Shown here in pieces: positions 29,201 to 37,522 of a DNA stretch of 64,000 nt. The notes below the pieces were generated by a model. That model was not told the origin of the DNA. It ran no database searches and saw only the letters and a program-made list of their open reading frames with translations. The DNA is from an uncultured Erysipelotrichaceae bacterium. Its GTDB lineage: Bacteria; Bacillota_I; Bacilli_A; RF39; UBA660. Every line of letters begins with the position of its first letter. Within the stretch, counting starts at the first letter, position 1. Both the position numbers and the translations under genes were made by a program. The stretch is taken from contig CACYLI010000002.1 in NCBI GenBank assembly GCA_902775285.1, positions 8,413 to 72,412 on the forward strand, written 5' to 3'.

Positions 29201-30864
29201 TTTCTTGCTGTATCTATATCATCAACAAGTAATAAATAATAAGTGTTAAACGCTGTATATGAGTTTACTCTTTCATTAGAATTACCATTTTGAAATAGTA
29301 CTTTTCTATTCTTCATTATTTGTTCTAAATAATCAGATACTTCTTGCATCTCTTCAGTATTTGTAGCAAAAAATCTTATATATTTATCATTTGAAAAAGC
29401 ATAAGGTGATTCTTTTAAATAATCCCATCTTTTTTTGTTTTTATTATTTGTAAAAACTACAATTTTTAAATTATCATAACTATGATATGCCATCATTTGA
29501 AGAAAAACATTATTTATGAAACTTAAATATTTTGGATGTATTCCATTAATATTAGTTAAGGGATTTTCAGCAAATGAATATGATATTGGAGCATCATTAA
29601 TAATATCAAATTGTTTGATTGTAGAATCAAGCATTTGTTTTAAATCATCATCATCCATTGTGAAATCTTCTTTAGAATAACTAATTCTAGCATCAAAAGG
29701 AACTTGTCCTTTACCAATTCTAACACTTAAAAAATCATCTTGATCTATTTTTCTTTCCCATAGTGTTCTTCTTTTATTAACAATAATATCATAACAAACA
29801 TTATTAGCAAGATAACTTTCTTCTAAATACTTTTTTTGATCATCAAATTCTTTTACAATATCTTTTTTCTTTAATTCTATATAACTTCTATATTTTTCTT
29901 GACGATTTTTTTCTCTTTTCTTTTTTTGACTTTTTTCATATGCTCTTGTAATAAAAGGCCATATAAACATACTTAGTATCATAGTAACAGTAATAACTAA
30001 AGCAGGAATAGATTGAGACCATGTTCTTTCACCAGCTGTAACAGCTTGAATTGTATTTGTAAGTGTCACTAAAGAACTTGCTCCCATTGTAAGCATTGGT
30101 CCTAATGTCATTATTAATGGTGTTTCTTGCATATTCTCTTTTCCAGGAGGAGAATCTACATGCATTTCTAATGTTTCCATTTTTTTTCTCATTCTAGGAC
30201 TTTTTAAAAAATAATCATTATCTTGATACAACTTATCATTTTGTATTTCTTCATCACTTATCATATCACTAACTGTAATGAATTTTTCTGTTAAATTATT
30301 TATTTTAATTATATTATTAAAAGGAGCATTAACAAAAATCATATTTTTAACTAAAATAATTTTATATCCATAACAATTTATAATGTCTCCATTTTTAGCA
30401 TATACTACATCACTTTTAACTTTTTCATCATTCAAATATACATCAGCATTCTCATTTTTTTGAATTCTCCATCTTCCATTCTCAATAAATAATGTATAAT
30501 GAACATCATTAAAATATGGAATATTAATACATATTTCATTATCTGGTTTCATTCCAACTTTTACTATTTTATCATCTGGAAATTCAAACTCCCTAAAAGT
30601 ATAATCAATATTATCAGATGAAAACAACACATATCTTTTATTATTTTTTTCTACAACATAATATGTATTTGGTTTTAAAATATTACCTTCTTCTGAAGAA
30701 ATAATTTTTGTATTTTCACTACTAGTAATTATCCAATTATTATTTTCCCCACTTATATTAACAATATTTTTCCCTTCATTATCAGTCATCCAAAAATCAC
30801 CAATTTTTTTAATTGGTAAAATGAATCTAACAATATCATTTTCATCGAATAAATACAAATTCAT
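26296..30864 (-). CDS. essC: Type VII secretion FtsK/SpoIIIE ATPase EssC/YukB
   Basis: N-terminal FHA-like region, two TM helices, [46 protein letters not shown]; second ATPase domain GMSDSGKD. Confidence 0.95.
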   Translation of the reverse strand: [1522 protein letters not shown]

Positions 30865-30886
30865 ATTCTTTTTTCCCCTTTTTAAA

Positions 30887-31132
30887 CTACAAAAGTATTA
30901 ACTTCGTTCCATTTCTAATATCTGTATTTTTAATTAAATCATTATTATTATAAACATCACCTGTATCTGTATTTAATAACATATAATTTCTTTCGCTATC
31001 TATAGAGTCAAATAAAGTTGTATTTAATAATTTAGAAATATTGCCTATTTTTTCATTAACAGGTATAAATACTTCATGTGTTTCATCTAAAGATAAAATA
31101 TATATATTTACTAAAACTTTATTATCTAGCAT
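30887..31132 (-). CDS. YukD/EsaB-like ubiquitin-fold T7SS protein
   Basis: 81 aa directly upstream of essC; EVFIPVNEKIG... and C-terminal IRNGTKLILL typical of EsaB/YukD. Confidence 0.75.
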   Translation of the reverse strand: MLDNKVLVNIYILSLDETHEVFIPVNEKIGNISKLLNTTLFDSIDSERNYMLLNTDTGDVYNNNDLIKNTDIRNGTKLILL

Positions 31133-31212
31133 ACAACACCTACTCTCCTACTATAAGATAGTATATCATATTTATAATGAAAATAATAGTTAAAAAAAAT
31201 AAAAACTTCATT

Positions 31213-31635
31213 TTAAATGAAGTTTCTTTTTTCCTTTAAATAAAACAATAATTCTAATAAAATAATACCTAAACTATCTATAAAAACATCTATTGTTTTA
31301 CCACTTCTACCTATTACAAATAATTGATGTATTTCATCACTAATCGCATATAATAAACATATTAAAAATGTAAATAATAAAATATGTTTTAAGTCTATAT
31401 TATATTCTTTTAATAATAAACTAACTAATAAAGCCAAAACAAAATATACTCCCATATGAGCAACTTTTCTTATAATCGGATCAATTATATCTATGACTGA
31501 TTCATCTTCTGTAGTAAGTCTACTTACAAATCCTCTGCTTTGATTCTCTGATTCATTTCCATTTAATGAAGAAAAGTAAAAAATTAGTCCCATCCATAAT
31601 ATAATAAATACTATTAATATTATTTTTTTAGTCAT
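31213..31635 (-). CDS. VanZ family membrane protein
   Basis: W..LIFYFSS, RKVAH...Y..L, YAISDEIHQLFV.GR....DV.IDS.G. Confidence 0.9.
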   Translation of the reverse strand: MTKKIILIVFIILWMGLIFYFSSLNGNESENQSRGFVSRLTTEDESVIDIIDPIIRKVAHMGVYFVLALLVSLLLKEYNIDLKHILLFTFLICLLYAISDEIHQLFVIGRSGKTIDVFIDSLGIILLELLFYLKEKRNFI

Positions 31636-32041
31636 TTAAATACTTTTTAACCTCATTTCTAATCTCATTCCATACTTTCTTAAGTGAAGGATAAGATAAA
31701 ACACTTTCTACTTTATCATAATTTGTCCATATTAATTCATGAGTATCAGTAGATGTATTATCACTAACTCCATCATCTAAACCTAAAAAATAATGACACT
31801 CACACTTTTCATTACTTGGAGTAACATAATGTTCTATATATATTTCTTTTTCACTTATAAGTTTAACTTTTCTTTTAATTTCCTCTTCTGTTTCACGAAT
31901 AGCACACTCTATAATAGTTTCATTTTTTTCTAAATGTCCTTTTGGAAAACTATAATCTTTTTGTTTATCTCTATAAATTAATGCTATTTGATTATCTTTA
32001 ATTAAAATAATTCCAGCTTTTAATGTCATCTTATTCACCAT
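31628..32041 (-). CDS. NUDIX hydrolase
   Basis: FPKGHLEKNET..ECAIRETEEE Nudix box. Confidence 0.9.
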   Translation of the reverse strand: MVNKMTLKAGIILIKDNQIALIYRDKQKDYSFPKGHLEKNETIIECAIRETEEEIKRKVKLISEKEIYIEHYVTPSNEKCECHYFLGLDDGVSDNTSTDTHELIWTNYDKVESVLSYPSLKKVWNEIRNEVKKYLND

Positions 32042-32103
32042 AATAATTATATTACTTTAAAAGTCTTAATTCAATTAAAAAGACATTTAAATGTCTTTTT
32101 TAA

Positions 32104-32421
32104 TTACATAAATCTTGGTCCACAAACATTTACATTACATACTTCATTTTCTTCAGTACATGTATAACTTGGACTATAAGTATGTCTATAAATATGATGA
32201 TTTATTATTCTTGTATTAATTGGTTGAATATGAGGAACTTCATGTATTATTTCTTTATGTATACATCTTTCTTGAGGACACTCTATAATTGGTGAACACA
32301 TCACTGGTGTACTAGGACAAGAATTCATCATATTATCTTTCATAGTATTATCAGGTGTTACTTTTAATTCAGCACTTCCTTCAACACTGTATCCTTGATA
32401 CATACCCATATTATCTTTCAT
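32104..32421 (-). CDS. CotD-like spore coat protein
   Basis: Cys/His/Pro-rich; HEVPHIQPINT..INHH.Y.H.Y.P pattern; upstream CATAGAAT sigmaE/K-like -10 and AAGGAG RBS. Confidence 0.7.
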   Translation of the reverse strand: MKDNMGMYQGYSVEGSAELKVTPDNTMKDNMMNSCPSTPVMCSPIIECPQERCIHKEIIHEVPHIQPINTRIINHHIYRHTYSPSYTCTEENEVCNVNVCGPRFM

Positions 32422-32507
32422 AATTAACAACTCCTTTTCATGAGTATTCTATGTATTATTATAAAAAATGAATAGGTATATAAAACAAAAAGTAGATTAC
32501 TCTACTT

Positions 32508-33629
32508 TTATTGTTTTAAATAATCAACTACTTTTTCATAGTATTCAATATTAAGACCTGGAGTTACTTTTTTAATCTCACTTGGAATACCTTTGATATT
32601 TATTTTTGTAACATCATAATTTCCACCTGTTACACCTACTCTAAATCCATATTTAGACCATGCAATTTGACTTACTTCTTTATCTTGTAAACCTTGTATT
32701 AATTTTTTACCATTATCACTGAGTGCTGCTATGCAGTGAGAATTCCAAATAGTTGGAGTTGGATAAAGTATAACAATTTTGTCTTTTACTTGATTCCATC
32801 CATCAGGATTAGAATTAGCAAAATCTATAACACTTTTTTCATAATCAACTATCATTGGTTTAGCACCCATACCAGTTTTTAAAAACATTGAGAATAAATC
32901 AGCAGGTGTATTATTCATATATCCAGATTTTTTATAAAATGTTTTTAATTTAGGAAGCACTTCATTTAAAGTTGTTTCATTAAGTTCTTTATCTCCAAGC
33001 ATAATAGAAAGTAATAAACCATAATAAGTTGCTCCTGGAGAAGATGTAACTGGGTCTACTGAACCAATATTAATTGAACCATATATTGAATCTAATCCAA
33101 TTTCACTCCATTTTTTTCCTTGTAAAATATAATCTATTAGTTTATTCATATCAGTAATATAATGAACACCATTTTCTACTGTGACAATATTTTCTTTTTT
33201 TAGTGCATCTACTACTTCAGTCCAACTATAAATAACAATTGGAGTATTTAATATAATGTCACCTGCTACTACAGTTTTTCTTGGAGCTTCTTCTCCTTCT
33301 GCTGGAGTTTTATATTCATCGTAATACCTTTGATCTGAAAAGAATATTAAATCATAATCACTACCATCATCTCTAACTACTGGTACTTTTACAGTTTTAC
33401 CATTACTCCATGAATCTTGAACTAAATTGAATCCATATTTCTTAGCAAATATTTCATTGATTTCAGTATCAGCAAGTAAATCTTCTTTTCCTCCACCAAC
33501 AGCTCCATAGATAGGTTCACCTTCTGTATTAAAACTATCTTTATTCTTAAGTACAATTACAACAATTATAATTATTAATAATATTACAACTCCTATTATT
33601 TTTGATACTAAACCTTCTTTTTTAAGCAT
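32508..33629 (-). CDS. Membrane-anchored substrate-binding-protein-like protein of a vWA/XpaC operon
   Basis: N-terminal TM anchor; GGGKE, NTPIVIYSW, DPVTSSPG, YEK, YPTPT, YGFR motifs. Confidence 0.7.
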   Translation of the reverse strand: MLKKEGLVSKIIGVVILLIIIIVVIVLKNKDSFNTEGEPIYGAVGGGKEDLLADTEINEIFAKKYGFNLVQDSWSNGKTVKVPVVRDDGSDYDLIFFSDQRYYDEYKTPAEGEEAPRKTVVAGDIILNTPIVIYSWTEVVDALKKENIVTVENGVHYITDMNKLIDYILQGKKWSEIGLDSIYGSINIGSVDPVTSSPGATYYGLLLSIMLGDKELNETTLNEVLPKLKTFYKKSGYMNNTPADLFSMFLKTGMGAKPMIVDYEKSVIDFANSNPDGWNQVKDKIVILYPTPTIWNSHCIAALSDNGKKLIQGLQDKEVSQIAWSKYGFRVGVTGGNYDVTKINIKGIPSEIKKVTPGLNIEYYEKVVDYLKQ

Positions 33630-34230
33630 CTTTATCACTTCCTTTATTATCTTCTTCATCGTCTTCAAAAACAGACTTCATTTCAAATATTTTCATTTCA
33701 TAATCAAATGCTTTATCTTTTGATTTAATAATTTCAGCAAGTAATTTATTTGTTTCTTGTTCTACTTCTCTTATATAAACTGTCATTTTTAAAATTAACT
33801 TATTTTCAGCAAATGTTTTTTCTTCTTTTTTTTCAGCACTTATATATTTAGTAACTATAGTATCTGTAAAAGGTAAATAATAATCTAAAAAGTTATATAT
33901 TTTTGTAGCATTTCTAGGTTGTGTTTGTAAATGTTCACATATCTTTTGGGTATGATTTACAATTTTACCAATTTTTTCTTTTATATTTTTATCTTTTATT
34001 CTCTCCTTATAATCATTAAGTTTAGACATTTCAAAATTATATTTAGCTAAAGCTTTTTGATCATATGTCCTTATATCTTTCTCTTTAAATATAAATATTC
34101 CTGCTACATATACTAAAACAGATATTAATAGTGATATCCATAATGGAAAATCTAATATAGCATAGACAACTATAAAGAAGGCACCAGTCAGAAAACTAGA
34201 ATAAATAAATCTCTTTTCAAGCCTTTCCAT
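33622..34230 (-). CDS. XpaC-like (5-bromo-4-chloroindolyl phosphate hydrolysis family) membrane protein
   Basis: Two N-terminal TM helices; FLDYYLP.T..IV.KY motif. Confidence 0.8.
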   Translation of the reverse strand: MERLEKRFIYSSFLTGAFFIVVYAILDFPLWISLLISVLVYVAGIFIFKEKDIRTYDQKALAKYNFEMSKLNDYKERIKDKNIKEKIGKIVNHTQKICEHLQTQPRNATKIYNFLDYYLPFTDTIVTKYISAEKKEEKTFAENKLILKMTVYIREVEQETNKLLAEIIKSKDKAFDYEMKIFEMKSVFEDDEEDNKGSDKDA

Positions 34231-34231
34231 A

Positions 34232-35821
34232 TTAATTAAAACTCCTTACTTCTTTAAATGCCCCTATTAAATTACTTCTTCCATCAAATACTTTAGCATT
34301 ACTTAATTCAGCTATTTCATCTAACTGACTTTCTCTTGCATTTCCAAACATAATACTATAAATTGGAATTTTTTCATCTATTCTTGAAGAAATGTTATAA
34401 TAATCACTTTCTAAATTATAAAATGAACCTACATTAGCTTCTCCATCAGTCATAAGAATAACTGTTTTTGTATATTCATCATTATAACTTGATAAAGTTT
34501 GTATTGCATTTTGAGCACATCCATAAAGGTTTGTTCCTCCTCTTGGGTTAGAACTATATATACCATTTATTAATTCTTGAGTTTTTCTTCCATTATCTGC
34601 AAATAACTCTTTATTTACTCTATCACTAAATGTTAATACATGAATTTTATCTCTTTGAGAAAATTGAATTCTTTCATCTTTTGCTCTTTCATAATCTAAT
34701 ATATATGCCATAGCACTTTCTAATTGACTTTCTCCATCACCATACATACTTCCAGAATAATCTAAACAAAATACTGTAGCTGATGGTTTTCTAAATACAT
34801 CTATATATAAATCCAATGCATCATCAATAACACTCTTTGATGGATATTTCAAAGGCATTAAATACTTAGATGTATCTATTCCCCAAGACTTTTTAAATAC
34901 ATCTTTATTTGCATTTAAATTAATTCCTCCATACCATGTTCTTTTTCCTAAATCTTCTAGATTTTTTTGTGAAGTTTTATTCAATAAGAATTGTTGTATT
35001 AAATTAAATTCTTCTAATTTATCTTGTTTATTATCAATATATGCAAAAGGTGAATCATTTATAGCAACTCCATCTAATGGATATAATAAATATAATGGTT
35101 CTTTTCCACTACTTTCAAGTTGTTTATTTATATTTATTAACGCAGATTCAGTTGCAATAACTGCTTCATATTCATCAGAGTTTAAAAACATTTGTTGTAA
35201 GAAATTATCATCACCACTTACTCTTTTAACTCCAGAGAATAAACTAATTAAATTATCTCTTAAAGTATTATCTTTTAGCATCTCACTCGTAAGTAATTCA
35301 GGAGAACCAGCTAATGCATTTAAAAATCCTAAATATGCAATTAATCCAGTATTAGTTTTTGTAACTGAACTCATTACATAACTTAGTTTTCCATCCCTAA
35401 TTGCATTAACAATATCTTTATTATATACATTTTTATTTACAAATCCTAGACTTTCAGCTTTACTTTTCTTTATTCCAAATACAACTGGATTAATATTAAT
35501 AGATTTTGAATTTAAAGTACTAACTCCATTTAACATATAAATCCAAGTAGAATTAGATAACCAAACAGCATCATACTCTTTAGAATTAGTTTTAAGCATA
35601 TCTATTGCTTCTAAATCATCTGCTACTTCATATGTTACATTTATATTATTTTCTTTTCCAAATTCAACAATTTCTTTAGCATAAGTAACATTATCTGGAT
35701 TAGTAAGTATAACAAAATCTCTATTTCCTAAAATTGTACTTATATTTTTTCCTACACATCCGACCATTACAAGTACAACTATAATAATTAATACTACAAT
35801 AATAAAAGACCATTTTTTCAT
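34232..35821 (-). CDS. Substrate-binding domain plus von Willebrand factor A domain protein
   Basis: MIDAS DYSGSM, GGTNLY, ILMTDG, IMFG, AFKEVR; N-terminal anchor and SBP-like domain. Confidence 0.88.
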   Translation of the reverse strand: MKKWSFIIVVLIIIVVLVMVGCVGKNISTILGNRDFVILTNPDNVTYAKEIVEFGKENNINVTYEVADDLEAIDMLKTNSKEYDAVWLSNSTWIYMLNGVSTLNSKSININPVVFGIKKSKAESLGFVNKNVYNKDIVNAIRDGKLSYVMSSVTKTNTGLIAYLGFLNALAGSPELLTSEMLKDNTLRDNLISLFSGVKRVSGDDNFLQQMFLNSDEYEAVIATESALININKQLESSGKEPLYLLYPLDGVAINDSPFAYIDNKQDKLEEFNLIQQFLLNKTSQKNLEDLGKRTWYGGINLNANKDVFKKSWGIDTSKYLMPLKYPSKSVIDDALDLYIDVFRKPSATVFCLDYSGSMYGDGESQLESAMAYILDYERAKDERIQFSQRDKIHVLTFSDRVNKELFADNGRKTQELINGIYSSNPRGGTNLYGCAQNAIQTLSSYNDEYTKTVILMTDGEANVGSFYNLESDYYNISSRIDEKIPIYSIMFGNARESQLDEIAELSNAKVFDGRSNLIGAFKEVRSFN

Positions 35822-35902
35822 ATCAACACCCTACTTTACTATTACAAGTATATCATAATAAAAAATCATTGTAAATTAAAAAAATTGTTCTATTAGAACA
35901 AT

Positions 35903-37198
35903 TTAAAATTTAAAATTTTTCATTTGTTTCATCATACTCTTCATTTGATCAAATTGTTTTAACAAACGATTTACATCTTCAACTTTTTGTCCACATCCAG
36001 CAGCTATTCTTTGTTTTCTACTAGCTTTTATAATATCTGGATTACGTCTTTCTTCAGGAGTCATAGATAAAACAATTGCTTCAGTTCTTGCCATCACTTT
36101 AGGATCAATTTCTACATTATTTAGCCCCATTTTTGATGCACCTGGAATTAATTTAATTAGATTTTCTAAAGGTCCTAGTTTTTTAATTTGTTTAGTTGTT
36201 TTTAAAAAATCTTCTAAATCAAATTTACCCTTTTGCATTTTTTTAGATACACTCATCATTTCATCTTGATCAAGTTCTGCCTCAGTCTTTTCAATTATTG
36301 AAAGCAAATCCCCCATTCCAAGAATTCTATTAGCTATTCTTTCAGGATAGAATTCAGATATACCATCTAATTTTTCAGAATCTCCTATTAGTTTAATAGG
36401 AATATTTGTTAAATGTCTTAGAGAAAGAGCAACTCCACCTTTAGTATCTCCATCCATTTTAGTAAGAATACATCCAGTTAACTTTAATTTATCATTAAAT
36501 CCAGTTATTACATTAATTGCATCTTGTCCCATCATAGCATCTATTACAAGTAATTCTTCATGAGGTTTAACACTTGATTCAATATCAACAAGTTCATTCA
36601 TTAAATCTTCATCTATTTGTAAACGTCCTGCTGTATCTATTAAAATATAATCATATCCTTTTTCAACAGCATATTTAATACCATTATTAGCTATTTCTAC
36701 AGGATTACCTTTTCCTTCATCATATACTTCTATTCCAAGTTGTTTTCCAATACTTTTTAATTGATCAATCGCTGCTGGTCTATAAACATCACAAGCTATA
36801 AATATTGGTTTTTTATGATGACGTTTTCTTACCATATTACCAAGTTTACCAATAGTTGTAGTTTTTCCACCACCCTGTAAACCTACAATCATAACAATTG
36901 TTGGTTTTTTATTTACTTCTAATGGACAAGCATCTCCACCTAGTAAAGTAACTAATTCATCTTTTAAAATTTTAACAAACATATCTCCTGGCTTAATACT
37001 TTTTCTAACCTCTTCACCAAGAGCTTTTTCTTTTACTTTATCAATAAATTCTTTAACTATTTTAACATTAACATCAGCTTCTAATAAACAAAGTCTAATT
37101 TCTCTACTTATTTCACTAATATTATCTTCATTTATTACACCCTTAGATTTAATATTACTTACTACTTTTTGTAATCTTTCACTTAATGATTCAAACAT
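35903..37198 (-). CDS. ffh: Signal recognition particle protein
   Basis: MFESLSERL, GLQGGGKTT, DTAGR, TKMDG, RILGMGD, M domain. Confidence 0.97.
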   Translation of the reverse strand: MFESLSERLQKVVSNIKSKGVINEDNISEISREIRLCLLEADVNVKIVKEFIDKVKEKALGEEVRKSIKPGDMFVKILKDELVTLLGGDACPLEVNKKPTIVMIVGLQGGGKTTTIGKLGNMVRKRHHKKPIFIACDVYRPAAIDQLKSIGKQLGIEVYDEGKGNPVEIANNGIKYAVEKGYDYILIDTAGRLQIDEDLMNELVDIESSVKPHEELLVIDAMMGQDAINVITGFNDKLKLTGCILTKMDGDTKGGVALSLRHLTNIPIKLIGDSEKLDGISEFYPERIANRILGMGDLLSIIEKTEAELDQDEMMSVSKKMQKGKFDLEDFLKTTKQIKKLGPLENLIKLIPGASKMGLNNVEIDPKVMARTEAIVLSMTPEERRNPDIIKASRKQRIAAGCGQKVEDVNRLLKQFDQMKSMMKQMKNFKF

Positions 37199-37280
37199 AA
37201 ATATCACCTTTATTAATTATATCAAATTATTAATATTTAATAAACTTCATTCTTTTAAAAATAAACAAAAAGCCTAACTA

Positions 37281-37463
37281 TTAGTTAGGCATAATAATAT
37301 TATTTCTGTTTAGCGTATCATAAATATCATCTATTTTTTTACTCATTTTTATATTTGACACTACTAAAAATATAACAGATGCAATTATAAAAATTAAAAA
37401 AAGGCTTACACTAACAACTACTATATTCTTAATATTTTTTATTTTCTTAAACATACTATTCAC
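37281..37463 (-). CDS. Small single-pass membrane protein
   Basis: 60 aa, GTG start, one hydrophobic helix, own terminator-like hairpin. Confidence 0.45.
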   Translation of the reverse strand: MNSMFKKIKNIKNIVVVSVSLFLIFIIASVIFLVVSNIKMSKKIDDIYDTLNRNNIIMPN

Positions 37464-37493
37464 CTATAATTAGTATACATTATTTTATAAATT

Positions 37494-37522
37494 AAAAAAA
37501 GAGTTATTTCTAACTCTTTTTA
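37494..37522 (-). terminator. rpoBC terminator
   Basis: AAAAAGAGTTA...TAACTCTTTTT hairpin. Confidence 0.8.
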
